Below, one piece after another: positions 48,201 through 62,040 of a DNA stretch of 64,000 bases. The position numbers were made by a program, and so were the translations under genes. The DNA is from Azolla caroliniana (lineage: Eukaryota > Plantae > Polypodiophyta). How positions within the stretch are numbered: position 1 is the first letter of the stretch; every line of letters begins with the position of its first letter. The notes under the pieces are model-generated. The model made no database searches and was not told where the DNA came from. It saw only the letters and a list, made by a program, of their open reading frames with translations. The stretch is taken from contig JBHGNT010000020.1 in the NCBI GenBank assembly GCA_043228905.1, forward strand, positions 62,001-126,000. The letters run 5' to 3'.

Positions 48201-49763
48201 GGCAATGGTAGCTTCAGAGAGGCCTACTGCAGAGGAGATTATGCAAGCAGAGGCCACTGAGACACTGCCGCCATAGCTCCCCTGAATCAGCTTCAGCTTG
48301 CCAAGGCAGCCCAACAACTGCAACAGAAAGAATGATTTAAAGACGAAAATGCAATTAATTATACAATACATTTAAGATGGATGAATTAAAATGAAGCTCT
48401 CAGCATAATTTATTTTTTTTGTTTTTACCTCTAAGAATCCCACTGCAAAAGACATAAAAAAAAACAGGAAAAAATTGTCAAAAATTATTTTAATGAGACA
48501 GAAAGAATGAATGGATTGAATATATGTATATATAAATTTTGAGTTACCCAGAGAGCTTGTGGCTATGGTGTAATTGGTGAGAGGGTCTGGGAAAGCACTC
48601 ACATTCATCTCCGGATCCTTACCCCGGTAATCATCCTCCCAACCCTTCACCGATTCCAATCGAATCGAATGAAACACAAATCATTAACAAGATCAAATCA
48701 CTTGACCATATCATTAAGCTAAGTTTGATTGATTTGCATGAAAATGTATATGTATATGCCCATGATTCTCTAGTACACCTTAATTGCTAGATTACATCAC
48801 GATGATTAGCAACCCTTAATCACACATATGGAATGAGATTTAATGATGATGGGTGTCCTTAATCATGTATTAAATCTAACGAAGTGGTGATTAGTGAACC
48901 TTAATCACATACGACACATTACATATTTGTGAACCGTAATAACCCATATTACATCAAGCTAAGAGATGATTAGTGAGCCTTAAATTACATATGACATCAA
49001 ACATAATGAAGATTAGTGAACCTTAATCACACATTTGACCATGATGATTAGTGAGACTTAATCACACATTTGCTCATGATGATTAGTGAGCCTTAATCAC
49101 AAATTTGCCCATGATGATTATAACCTTTAATCACACATTTTCCCATGATTATTAGTGAGCCTTAATCACACATTTGCTCATGGTGATTATATATAAGCCT
49201 TAATCACAATTACATATAAAAGAATGATGAGAAATGAGTTTGAAAAGCAATGTTTAAAGGCATTGCTTATAATGTGGACACAATATGTGAGGATTTGTGT
49301 GAGAATGCAAGTAAAGTGTGAGTACATGTAGGAGAAGGTAAGTGTAGTCGGAGGCGAGGTTCCTAATGACTTTGAAATCGGTGCCGTAATAGAGGGAGAA
49401 TGCGGCCCCGGACTCGACAGTGGCCGGGAGGGCGAAGGGTTGGTCCGCGGGATTCCGCGGTTTCACACTTGGACTAGGAACTCTAGCACCAGGACTTGTT
49501 TTCTTATTGGGATCATTATAATTGGGATCATTATGGATGAGAGAAGTATGAGGAGCAAGACGAAGAGAATGCTCCTTTATTGCATTTGAATTGGTACCAT
49601 GACTTATACTAGACTTGTCTCTCGAGGTTATTGGCAAAGCACTCGACACCATGACCATCTCATTCTTAATATTACCATTTGGACGCAATTCATATGTCGG
49701 CATTGCCACTAGTAGCCACATATAACACAATGTTGCTCCTAAGGTTTGCTTAAACCATGCCAT
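33497..49763 (-). CDS. Secreted periplasmic-binding-protein-like (helical-backbone metal/cobalamin receptor fold, CBA1-like) protein, ~524 aa, 11 exons
   Basis: Phase-consistent exons (minus): 49763-49326, 48644-48548, 48442-48429, 48317-48009, 47723-47652, 46155-46051, 45955-45911, 34727-34623, 34483-34318, 33799-33681, 33601-33497. Motifs: [123 protein letters not shown]-terminal hydrophobic signal-like segment. Confidence 0.88.
35040..35941 (+). mobile_element. Solo copia LTR (TGTTGGGAA family) interrupted by a nested gypsy solo LTR
   Basis: Starts TGTTGGGAAAATAGGTCCCTCC, homologous to 20095-20605; ends ..ctcaaca at 35941; flanks aaacc/caacc. Confidence 0.7.
35565..35916 (+). mobile_element. 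Solo chromovirus LTR, same family as 22455-22794
   Basis: Starts TGTCAAGATTCGAACTCTTGA; shares cccttgtattatttacacttggcacatgcatgc and the gttcaccttgaa palindrome with 22455-22794; TSD GTTGT (35560-35564 / 35917-35921). Confidence 0.8.
40871..40922 (-). other. Predicted -1 programmed ribosomal frameshift signal at the gag/pol junction
   Basis: Minus strand G_UUA_AAC, 6-nt spacer, 11-bp stem gtccagccaaa/tttggttggac; gag stops one codon after the heptamer (TTA AAC GAT TGA) and pol is open in the -1 frame. Confidence 0.75.
42543..42615 (+). other. tRNA-like Pol III promoter (A box and B box) antisense at the start of the chromovirus LTR
   Basis: A box TGGTATAATGG at 42550-42560, AGGTC at 42586-42590, B box GGTTCGAGTC at 42594-42603. 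T8-to-T54 spacing is 46 nt as in a tRNA, but acceptor and anticodon stems do not pair. Confidence 0.65.
46205..47400. repeat. 29-bp minisatellite (about 40 copies) in an intron of the CBA1-like gene
   Basis: Unit gaatccaatccacaacccaaattagtttt; most homogeneous at 46880-47280. Confidence 0.95.
48790..49210. repeat. ~35-bp tandem repeat in intron 1 of the CBA1-like gene
   Basis: Unit gatgattagtgagccttaatcacacatttgcccat, about 10 degenerate copies. Confidence 0.85.
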
Positions 49764-49963
49764 GGAGAGACTCAACTCAACAAACTGATTAAGCACCTTG
49801 TTAAATGTGAAAGCTCAAATGTGTTGGAGATTCATGAGTGATGGGGTTCACAATTCTATCTATTTGTAAGATGAGATGGGAGGAGCTCACTGTACCAAAG
49901 GTTGTTACTTGATTGTCGGAGAGTATTGAACTACAGAGGTCTAAGAATATATGGTGGTGAGTG

Positions 49964-50150
49964 AGTGTGAGCACTAGCTTCAAATGGTTGTGTTCATGTT
50001 CATGAGGTTCGATATGATGGTTCCAACTTCCATTATGTCGGTACAAATCTAGAGAAAATAAAGCGAGTTGACAAACCAAGAGAGTGTGAGCACTAGCTTC
50101 AAATGGTCGTGTTCATGTTCATGAGATTTGATATGATGTTCCAACTTTCA
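49964..50150. repeat. ~65-bp direct duplication upstream of the CBA1-like ATG
   Basis: gtgtgagcactagcttcaaatggt.gtgttcatgttcatgag..gatatgatg at ~49964 and ~50084. Confidence 0.8.
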
Positions 50151-53100
50151 ATGTGTGAAATGTACAAATCAAGTGAACGTAAAGTGCGCCGACAAACCAA
50201 GAGAGGCACTGACACTTCACTTTCAGTGCGCACCACGGAGAAAGAAAGCCTTAGTTTTTACTAACCCATTTACACTATCACATGAAGCAAAAGACAAAGC
50301 AAGACTTGAGAGAGATAGAGACCATGTGTGTCACACCCACACATTGGATGGTAAATAATTGTCACAAAATGTACCTCGTGAAGAGTTTCATTATTTACTC
50401 TCACAATATTCATGAGTACGGAACCAAAGAATAAAACTTCCAATCCTACTTAAAGGAATCCAAAAATATGCAATACCATATAATAGACCTAAAGTCTTCG
50501 TACTTCACCGGTAACTTGATAGTTCAATCAAAGAAAGTCCTTTGTAAATCAAGTTCTTTGATTCTTCGAAGTTGAAGTTATTGTCTAGCAAGAAACCGTT
50601 TTATAAGAGGATGTAGAGTGTCCCATTTTTATAATTGTTTTACAAGATATTACGAAAATTAACATGCTAATATTTGAGTTATTGGGCCTCTACGATGAAT
50701 GAAAATTTTACCAACATTGATGAGATCAAGACATATATATTATGGAATGAATCGTGTTTAGCAGACCTAGAGTTAGTCCCCCCAACCCCTCTTATTAAGA
50801 TAAATCAGGATCCCTTTGTTATATCTCTCATGTTATTCTTTCATAAAGTATCTTAGGTTTTTGTTCTCATTTTCACTTATCTAATAGATTGGTCTTTTGT
50901 TGGGAAACAAAAAAAGTATCATGACCAAGGACAAGTTGATTGTCGCAATTGGCACAAACTTCCTAGGTGTGTAATTGCATTGCATTGGCAAGCACGTTTG
51001 TGCCCTACTCTATGAGTGCCAATAATCGAGCAAATTCTCTCATGATGCTTTTCATTTTTCTTTGAGGTTTCACACCATTAATATAATGCAATAAGTGTGT
51101 GTGTGTGTTGATTGTCTTCAAAGAATCCTAGGTATTGATTATTAATGTTTTTGTTGGATTTGGTTTACTACCTTTTTTCCAAGGGAAGGTATTAGTAGTT
51201 AGAGAAGTTGGTTTACTACCTTCACATGGATAGAAATGTGAGAGTTTGTTCTGTACAATGGATTTCCAGTCCAATATGCCCATATCTAGATGGGCTTGAG
51301 TCTTGACAAACCCAACTTCCCTATACATCATTGATCTTACCTTCGCAAATAAATGTATGTAGGTGTTAATGGCAAAATGTGGGATTCTTCGCGTATGATA
51401 TCAACTAGAACAAGCATAACAAAGAGGATGAGCTAAATAAATAAAACGAAGCAACAAAATCTCATGTAAAAAGTGGATTTTTTATTAACAAGTGTACAAA
51501 TTGATGGATTATATATTATTTTGAATTTTTAAGTTTGAGTAGATAGTGATTAAGAGTGTGAGTGTTAGTGAGATTGTGATAGAAACTCATTTCAATTAAG
51601 GAGTATTTGTTTTAAAACTCTCCAATTCATACTTCTGTAGTTAATCTGTTATTTTTCTATGCTCAATAATCATTGTTGATAATGAATAACGAACTAGATG
51701 GTGTGTCACATTTTGGTACATACACAACATCTCGTGACATTTCTAATCATCTCCCACAATTTCTATAAACCTTGAATAATCAAATAATCTACCTAGGGTT
51801 CACGTGTAACTTAAGCATGGTTACTATTTACACCTTTGAAAACTTGATGTTTTTGGGAGTATGTGTCTGCAGACAAAAATGTACACTTGTGAAGAATCTA
51901 TATTCTTATTGTCACGAAATCGGTTCTATCAGTTACAATGATAATGTTACGAGACAACTTGGAAGTTTCAAGTTTTTCAACACATTCTATAGGCCATATT
52001 TGACCCCTTTCACGGTTGAGAGTCGAATTTAGCATCTTTATTTTAAGTGAGACAATATAGACACTTTGTCAGAGAAGACAAAAGACTCACACATTTGTGT
52101 TTAACTAACAAGATACAATGGTATTTGAGTGATACACATACATATGCAGTTGAAGTGATACACATATGCAATAGGAAGGCATTCCTTTGTACAATATCCA
52201 CTAACAAAATGTTACATGAAAAGCATCACGAGAACTCCATGACCATTAGGTGTCCGTCATCCTCTTTAGATTTAAGTAAACTAATGTGTCTCATCTTGCT
52301 ATAGGAGCCACATTTGACTATTTTTTATGATTGTTTATATATTAAATAACACTTCTTTCTAAGAAGTCTTCATTACCCTATGTTAAATTTATCATAATAG
52401 ATGTCATGGGAGTGGTGTTCTTCAATCGTTGACGTTCCAATGTAATATGTTTGAAGACAATGAAAGTGCGACAATGTGGAGTTGATACTAGAAACAAAGT
52501 GGACTTTGATTGTTGATGTTCCTAATCCATATGTCTTAAGGCAATGGAAGACCAAATTTGCCTCACATTTAGCTAGTTGGACCAAGGTCAATGTATACTT
52601 GTAGGTGGTATGGTTATGGCACTCTCAAGTGGGTTGTCTTTCATACAAAGATAGGTATATGGAACCAACCTATGTGACGATTTAACTTCCACTTCTGTAG
52701 ATTTGACCTTTCCATGCACTCATTCATTAGCTATATGTTACTAAGAAGCATGAAGAGCTCCAATAAAACATCAAGGACAATAATCATGAGTAAAAAGTGA
52801 AGTAAACAATGACAAGATTTCTAATAGACCTCGCACACATATGTAAACATCTTTTATATGTCTTTTATACCTTTCAAACATTTGCAAAGTTGCCTTGGCA
52901 ATATGTATTGTTCAAAACCGGATTAACACTCTAAACAAATGATATATAAGATGTTGGCAATAAAGAAATGGCCTAAACGTGTGGTGTCTAAACACAATCA
53001 TGACATGATGAAAAATGTATGGTGTGATGACAATAATGAAAAATGTCAATTAAACACTCTAATGGAACATTGTTAAGAGGCACAACCATAAGGTTTCGAT

Positions 53101-55511
53101 GTTAAAACATAATGTGAGGCATACATAATTTAAAGAATTAATCATTCAAAAAATTGGATAATATTCTATATATCATATAAAGAAAAGTCTTGATCCATTA
53201 TTATGTTTTACCATAATTTAAATGGAGGCTTGATCCATTATTATGGTATTTGTGCTCTTGTTTCATCATAATCCAACCATGATAGTGTTTGACTCCTTGC
53301 ATTATTGATGTGATGGTGAATCTATGAGCACAGAGAGTTGAAGAAAACGATGCACAAAACTATCTACATTTTGATATTATTCTCATTGTTTACATCCAAA
53401 CCATGCTATTCAAGTTATGTTTTAGTTAGTTGGGCCTATCTCTAGGCTTCATTTGAACCTAGAGCATGGTTACTAAACAATTATGTCTTTGTTTGTAACA
53501 TGGCTAGGGAGAGATCGTAAGTTTGTCATGAGGCCTATGATTATAATAACACAACAAGACAACATACATGGATCTCTACATATGATTCATCTAACAATGC
53601 TTGAACTTGCGAGCTAAGTCACATAATGTTCCAATATGAACATGTCCCTACCATGTATGCATCCTCCTACAAATGAGCTTGTAAGCTAGACCACATAAAG
53701 ATGAAATGATGTAGTTGTCCCAAGTTTAATGACCCCATACACCCAATGGGGTGAGCCAAGAATGTAGTGTCGTGCAAAATTTCACACTAGGAAGCCCAAG
53801 CTAGTGTACAAGCTCCAATCCAAGGCCATCATAAGGGTTGACTTAACAAATGCTATTGAATGAAAGAACAACCTAAGACAATTTTGTTGAGGTGTAACCC
53901 ACAACAACACTAGGATGGTCTGCCCAAGTGTTGATGCATTGACTAGCTTCTATCTATGATTCAACTAACGACACGAAGCACCTAGGAGTGTTACTATCAA
54001 GTCCATATTTCTTCAAATGTGCAAGCATGGAGTCATATAACAAAGGGCAACCATAATATCATGAAAATTTTAATGCATGGAACAATCGTTGTTGGACATG
54101 AACAAGTACATACCCACCTAAGCTTGACTAAAACTCGATATTGAAAATGGGCTCGAGTCCCATTCATTAGGAATGGCATCAAGATTAACGGTCCATAGCT
54201 TGTTATGACATTAGGCATATCAAAGTGAAAACACTTGATTTATTTAGAGGTTCACATGGCATATGGTATCATCTACCTTTATGCATCTAGAGAGGCTTAA
54301 TAGATAACCAAAGCATATCATGTAGGTGTTGGCAGCCATATTGGGTTCATACATACAATATCAATTTGAGTCAACTAGATCTTAGAGAATCACAATATCA
54401 TGATTCAAGGTCTGTGTTGCATGAAAAGTCCATTCAAGAGAATTCATCTAGGATATGACCACTTAAAAATATGAATTAATGCAATTAAATCATAAATGAT
54501 CTTCCACAATATGTGTACTTGTGACTTTTCTGATCTCTCTTTTCCCCCTTTTCGTTCTACTACCCAAGTCCCACCTTTCTATGATACTCAGAAGGATAGA
54601 ATTGTTTGCATTTTTTTCAGTCTTGAAATTTGGACTGCACATGCACAATATTTGTTTAAATGCCCATCAAAGTAGCTTGGAAGTGATTAAATAGATATGG
54701 ATAGTTTGTAGTGAGATGGTATTCCAAACTAATTTCCATTTGCCTACATGGCCCCATCATCACAAAGCCCTCTATTCATTATAAGTCAGAACCACCAAAA
54801 TACTGCAGACTAAAAAATAATCCCTCAATTTCTAAAACTTAACAGAATACCCAGAATACAGTACAAACAGTTGCAAGTTACAACCAGCAAAGGATATTCT
54901 AGTATGATGGCTGATGTTTACTAATCAATGGGAGCACGAAAGGAGAAAAATCACAAACTAATCTTGACTTATTAAAATAATACATGAAAAGACCCAGGTG
55001 GAACCTAATGAATCTAACAATTGTACACGGTGTCTCATCAACAAAGAGAGAATACAAACACCCATTTCAAGGGATAAACATTTTATATTCGTAAGAGATA
55101 GGAACCATATAAACTGGTATCAAATGCGTAATGAATGATACAACTTTTGAGCTTCGGAAGATGAAAGTGTATGTTGGGGTGCCATTTTTCAAACATGATC
55201 ATTCGGACTGTTGTCTCTAAATTATGACATAAGTGGAATGACAATATCATACCGAATATGGTGCAAATCAACCAAATCCCCTTCTCTCTTCCTAATATAA
55301 TGTAACGATATACTTTCCGAATCGCTTTCTCTTCTCTTGCAAACAAAACAATGTGATAAATAAAGGCCATTTGCATCGTTCTGAAATCTCTTTTATGAGC
55401 CTCCCTTCCCCAACTGAAGAGTTCATATTTACTTGTGACAACGCATCAAAGGCCATGGCTTTTGATTTTGAATTTAATATCTTTTTCCTGCCAATATATA
55501 TAATACAAACA

Positions 55512-58500
55512 TCATCCTCTTCTACGATGCTTCATTTTTGGTGCACAATCTGGGCAATACCATTTACCCTTTGGTTGGGATGTCATGCCAATGCACTCGA
55601 AATGGAACCATTCTATTTTACACTGCAAGACACAAGACGTACCAAGGCCTTAGGGTATAAACTGTTACATCTAATAGCAATTACAATTACATATAAAAGG
55701 TATAACATGTCATGGTGTAGTGGTATAATTCATGCTTTGTAGGGTTTAGGGTTTGGGGTTTACGTTAAATTCTTGAGTCTAAACCAAAGGGTTGTTATTT
55801 GAAAAAAAGTGGAAGGCTACATTAACAGTTAACTAGCACCTTTCGTCTAAACAAAATAAACAAATAATGCAGGGCAAAATGACTAGCATGCACAAATAAG
55901 TCACAAACATGTTTTACTTGTCTTGATACACTCCAAACCTTAATGAACCCTGCCCCTAATAATGTAGTTATGTGTATCATCATATATACCAATACCCTGT
56001 AGGATACTAAGGGATAGATAACTTACATTCTCATTGTCACATGCTATCATGTTTCCAAAAGAGACCCGATTACAAATACAATATGTCGGCTCGTTCGGAT
56101 CGATCGGCAAATCAAGGTCCATGCTTACAGGCTCCTCTACTGCTTGCCTTCTGTATTAATTAATTTAGCAAGGCCAGAAAACAGGCTTTTGTTAATATTC
56201 CATTTATTATTATTATTTATATATGAATATGGGAAATAGCATTTACTTTTTACGCTTTGTTTTCATGTCTCCTTCCTTCCCAGTGGTTTCAGAGGTTTTA
56301 AGCTTTTGATCAATCACAGATGGAGCTCCCATGTTCTCGCTCTCTGCCATACACTCAAACACAGACATCAGAGAAATATGGGTTTACATGTGATAAGAGT
56401 TTTGTGAGGGACACAACAAATTATACTTCTAAATTGATGCAATTAAGATTTTGTTGATGAGTTTTTAAAGGATCATCATGCACACACCACGCTTAAGCTC
56501 TTGATCAAATTTACGTAAGTACTTATCCAATCGACGAACATGACCATCCACCTACAATACAAATATAAGAATTTAGTCTCATCATAAACTTATGAATGCT
56601 ATATCCATAGTGAAACTAATGTATATTAGAGACACAAATTATATACTAACTCTCTCGTAAGTTTGAGTTGCTAATCGAACTTTATGTTCAGCAATTTCTT
56701 TGCATCTATTACTCATATCAATTACTTTCCTTGAAAAGGAGAAATCTTGTAGCAAATTGTCAGACCCTGAATTCTTCTTTGCATCTTCCAGCTCCTGTTC
56801 ATATTGTTCTTCCAATTGTTTTTGGGTCTCTTCATTAACCAGACAGAAGAATCTTTTAGTGCTTCGAAGGAGATTCTCACATATCAACACATACATGAGT
56901 ATACATTAATGTTGAAAAAATAGCTTCTTTCACATTTTTGGCTTTTGCTAATCATGAAAATACAAAGTTCTATCATTAATATGTCTACCTGGTTGCATGT
57001 TATTATCATAAAGTGTTGAGAAATAACCAAAAGGAAAGAATGTAACATAGGGAAATGGAGTGGACTGGAAAATGGCTATTTCTTGTGAAAATTATGTCGA
57101 TATATTAGAATAGAACACCCCTAATTTCTTTTTATGCACATAATGATCAATGTTACAAATTATAAAACAAATATTTCCATAAATTGGAACCATGTGATCT
57201 GAAAAAACAAGTACCTTGAAATTGTTCATCAAGCTTCCATATTTCTCCATAGTTATCCTTCAATTCAGAAGGCAGTGATGCAATGCCTGTTACATATAAA
57301 TTTATTTAGTAACGAATCAATAGCAAGGTAAGCACAACTTCTATAGAACCTAAAATTGAAATTGAAATGGATTCCATATTTACATAAGTGATTTACAACT
57401 TGCCAGAAAAAAACCTAGTTGTATCACATTTTCATATCTCTTGTTAATAGTGCATATGAGCATGCCATGATGCTCCGCACTAACAACACATTGTGCCAAA
57501 CATGTTGACATCATCACAAGTCTTTTCTTTAAGCTAGACACCCTTTTCTTGAAAACAAATCTCAAAAATTTGGAGAGTATCAAATTTTGAGACTCTTGAA
57601 AAGATTGCTACGTGCTCTTGGTATCATATAACAAAAGGAAACTATAAAAGCTTAAATGACGTTAGATGAGTTCTTCCTACTTTGAGGTTACATTGTATTA
57701 ACAGTAAATGGTAAACCCTATAGGCTAAGGCAAGTTGGAACTTGATTAAAGTACAAAGTGGGTTGGTATCAACTTCCCATCCATTGGCATCAAATCTTTA
57801 ACAAGAATGACGATGATGACATATTAATGTCCAGAATGCGCCAACGTGGTCCGTAGGACAAACAATTCTTACAACGAACTCTCTCCAGCTAGGGGATTTT
57901 TAAATGGTCGATGTATGTTAGGATTGTTTTCTTCTCTAAGTGAACATCTTTACTCTACAACATGCCATCTTGCAAACCATTCCAGACAAGTTGGACACAA
58001 TTAGATATATGGAATCTACTTCAGTGCTTTGTTGTGAACATCCAATTTACCATGCTGCCTTGGGAAAGGAAACTTTGAGGCATTGTCCTTATTTTTAATA
58101 TGTACTTCTAAACTCTCTGAAGGGCATAAAACGCTATTGGCCTTCTTCCAATTTGTAGAAGCGCCAGAGGGAACAGGGTTGTGTTCTTGACCCCTAAATG
58201 ACAGCATAAATTTTCTTTTATATTTTCCCTATTTCATTCCCTGAGTTTGCTGAAATACTGCCTCCCAAAACCTCAAGTTCATAAAGCATAGTTTACACCA
58301 TGCAATTAAATACTTTTTCTCTGATCTCCCATCCTTGGGTTGTCCTCTAATGGCAAATGTTCTAAGATTCATACTATTGGGCTGTGGCGGCTTCCATTCT
58401 CCTAGTTCGACACCAGTTCCAAGTGTGTTAACTAGGTATGTCAATTCAGAGGTATTTCATACTGTGAGCCACGTCAATTGCCTCCACTTCATAGTACACT

Positions 58501-61500
58501 ACTGTCTGCTAACTTTCATAACTTCCAGGTTTGACAGTGCTTATAGCCATGACTTGGGTCTTGGCCACAATGACTGCGAGGCCACATTGTGCACCATATC
58601 TATCAGCTTTTGCAATCTAACCTGAGAATATGCCAAAAATACAGATCATCTGATTAAATCAGAAGTAGAACTGTTAGATACCAAATGGATGGTTGTTCCT
58701 CATGTTCTCCCAAGGCCTATAGTATCTGTGTTTCACTCCCATCATTCTCATGAACGTTCTACAGAAACTTTCATCTGTCAACATGCATCTCTTACTAGCT
58801 GGTATAACCTGTCTACTGTAGCTTTCATGCAAGACCAACACCTATGGTGCTCAACCATTGAGTTGATGATTTATTGACCAGTTCCATTGAATGTTCATTT
58901 GTGCATGAGCTGATTTCTACGTTCTCAGCCCAAATTTAAGCCATCACTATTGCACATGTTGGCTGGAAGTGGATGAAGTGTAAGGACAGCTGAGATGAAC
59001 TAAAAAATGAAAGCTGATCTGAAAGTTTCAACACTCAAGAGTCTAAAACAACGGAATACAGTCGGCAAAAGATCCAAATATGGTCCATGATGAAAACATA
59101 GGAATAAGCTGTGACCTATAAAGATAGCACCCAGAACCTCTCACCTTTGTTCAGACAGCAAGCAATACATTATGGTCTATGATGAAAACATAGGAATAAG
59201 CTGTGACCTATAAAGATAGCATGCAGAACCTCTCACCTTTATTCAGACAGCAAGCAATACATTATGCGATAGACAGCACACAATTAGCTCCATGCACATT
59301 GTCATGCACACATTGAAGAGGGGTGGTCCTAGATTAGGAAGTCAGCATGAGTGCCCAACCAAAGGGGCTGAGACTGAAAGGAATGGGACACAAGGTCTAT
59401 GGTTACTATACCTTGCTCTCAGACATTAGCCCTAGGACAGGGAACTTACCAGACTGGCTATTTTTGAGCATTTATGCGACTTACATTCTTAGGCAGTCTT
59501 GTAGCTAGGAGAACACCTCAGGGTTTCTTTTCATGCAAACATTATTGTGACACCACCACTGCTCACAAAGATGGTTTTTCCAGACTTTGGATTGTCTATG
59601 TCGACTACAGCTCAATTTATTTTCTCTCCAGCTCCACCACCCCAGCTTGGTGTAGTACTTCTATGCACTGTCCTATCTTCCAGCTTTTCCTGGAGATGAT
59701 GTTTTGGAGGAACCATTTGGGATGAATGCTACACTTGGAATTTACACCTTTGATTTTGGGCATGCTCCCATCTATGGAAAGGTACTCTTCCTCCTCTGTT
59801 CCCTTATTTTTCTTGTTCATGTGAGCCCAGTCAACATTCAATCCCAGTGTGTCCGTAAACAGCGATGTATTACGGATTACAGGCATCCTATTCAAGGTGT
59901 CTGCATCATAGAAGATCTTGATTAGATCTTCTTTACCTTTCCAAATCTGTGAGCAGTTCCAAGTTGACATTTCGCCCTGGTTATAAAGCCGGCTATATGC
60001 AACTAAGTTTTGCATCCAAGTTGGCATCTTTGCATCATCAAGTGAGACTTCTCACTTATAATGGTGCCACGCTCAATGAGGTGGGCTACTCCTTTGCTTT
60101 CTTGACCTCTTGTTCCATTTCTATCATTCATTTTTTTCTATGCCTTCGGGGCCATAGCTTTTTGCATGGCTAAAATTCATAATTTCACCTTCATTAAAGT
60201 GCTCACTCTCTTTGTTGGTCGTTTGGTCTTTTCCAGTTTCGACATCAGTGATTATCAAGGTGTGAAGTGCCCTAGTGATTCACCTAGAATCTGACATTGT
60301 TGGTCATTTGCAGTTTTGACATTTGAAAGTACCTGCCAGTGATTACCAAGGTATGAGATACCTCAGTGATTCACATGGCATCTTGTATTACATAGACACA
60401 TTATTCATTTACTAAAAAGTCATGGTCATTAAAATCCATTTGTCCCAAATGGTAATAAACCTTCAAATTTCGACATATCAGAATTTGAAGGTTATTATTC
60501 TAAAACATCTCAAACTTTGGAGGCACTTATACTTCCACTTTCCCAAAATCTAAAGGGAGTTTTCAAACATTGCAAACAGTAATTACAGTGAGCTCAAGTT
60601 TGAAGAGAAAGAACTAATGCCTGGCAGTATGAATTTGATGGAACTCAGAAACTTTCATTGATTGCTTACTTTTCCCTTGATGAATGACATGAAATACAAT
60701 GGAGACAAACTAAACTCTCTCTACCCTGTTACAAAATAATCAATAGTGGTCTCCTCATGAGCTTTCATGGCAATATTTCATCTCATCTCAACCTTTGGAG
60801 AGCCTCACTTAACAATTTGAATGTTATATGTCTCTAATACAACATTAACCACATTTTCTGATAAAGAGTCCATGCCAGACGTTATAAATTAGAAATCTAG
60901 AGGCATTTCATCTACTCTTTTTTTCACAGTTGGTGAACTATTTGAAAATTCATCAAAAAAATTTGATCTGATTCCTTCCAATAAAATCCTTCACCATATA
61001 TGAATTTTTTGACCCACTTGTGAATTAAATTGAAAATTCGCAGAAATAAAGAAAAGAAATCTTGCTTCACTTATAAAACAGAAAAATGATCTAAAGAAGC
61101 GAGTCTTGCTTCGTCCTAATCTAAGTGTTGTCAGATTGGAAACCCACTTATTTTCTGCATCATTATCCATGTTTAAACAGCACAAACAAGAAGACAAGGT
61201 AAAAACAATCAAGGAAAAATACGTTCTCCATATCCAACAACATCAAGGGAAAAAATCTGATAAGCAGGGGCAATAACACAAAGGGAAAAACTTGTTTGGG
61301 TATTTACCAGGATACCCCTCAATTTTCTGAAATTAAAAAAATGCCCCCCTGTAGTACAAAATTCATTGAAATTTTTTTCCTAACCAGGGGACCACTCTTG
61401 TAAAATACCCAAGAAGCTAGGGTTATCTTTCTGCTCTGCCCTAAAATGAATTATCAGAAAACAGCACAGAGAGAGTGGGGGGGGGGGAGACTTACTCTTC

Positions 61501-61523
61501 ACGAATTCGTCAAGGTAAGGCAT
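55512..61523 (-). CDS. ING1: PHD finger protein ING1 (inhibitor of growth family), 224 aa, 7 exons
   Basis: Phase-consistent GT-AG exons (minus): 61523-61496, 57286-57215, 56829-56651, 56551-56488, 56343-56247, 56150-56027, 55622-55512. [84 protein letters not shown]. Confidence 0.95.
57650..60150 (-). mobile_element. Possible highly decayed non-LTR (LINE) RT relic in ING1 intron 1
   Basis: Weak minus-strand motifs: [13 protein letters not shown] (like RT GLxxNxxKTxxM), TYLVNTLG and YLIAWCKLC. Boundaries approximate. Confidence 0.35.
59081..59264. repeat. 90-bp tandem duplication
   Basis: tatggtc.atgatgaaaacataggaataagctgtgacctataaagatagca...gcaagcaatacat at 59081 and 59171. Confidence 0.92.
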
Positions 61524-61842
61524 TATCTGCAGAAGAAGAAGAAGAAGAAGATCAGAGCCCGCATCAGTAAAGAGGATCTGTTTTCTTGGCACGTGACTTA
61601 GTATGTAAATCCTGAATTGCAGATTTCTTGTTTTTTGTTTTTAGCAGATCAAAGAATGAGACCAAACCCTAATCAGGGTCAAAGCCACATGATTGTTATT
61701 AGAACACCAAATACATATACATATACTTGATTGACATATTTTCATACTCCAAATTGCTGCATATGGTTGTTGTGTTTTGCAAAATCTCGGCCGATACCCC
61801 TCATGTACTCTTTATCAATAATTTCTGTACGATTGCGTGGAA

Positions 61843-61991
61843 GAGTTGTTGTGGCTACTATTGGAATGGCTACTGAAATGGCTACTCAAAGGCATGCATC
61901 TGTAGGCCCCATTGAACCGTATGAGTTGTTGTGGCTACTATTAGAATGGCTACTCGAAGGCATGCATCTGTAGGGCCCATTGAACCGTATG
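61843..61991. repeat. ~70-80-bp tandem duplication in the ING1 upstream region, with a telo-box nearby (AAACCCTAA ~61664)
   Basis: gagttgttgtggctactatt.gaatggctact..ggcatgcatctgtagg.cccattgaaccgtatg occurs twice. Confidence 0.8.
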
Positions 61992-62040
61992 CTCGAGCAA
62001 ATAGATGTGTGTTCGACAGGCAGTTAAGAGGGCTTCCTTC

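Noticed and set aside
50200-55400. Short ORFs between the CBA1-like and ING1 genes
   Set aside because: AT-rich with no convincing motifs or splice-consistent model; probably intergenic sequence and old repeat debris.
55739-55762. Telomere-like TAGGGTT repeats
   Set aside because: Only about 3 imperfect units in an ING1 intron; common interstitial motif, not a telomere.
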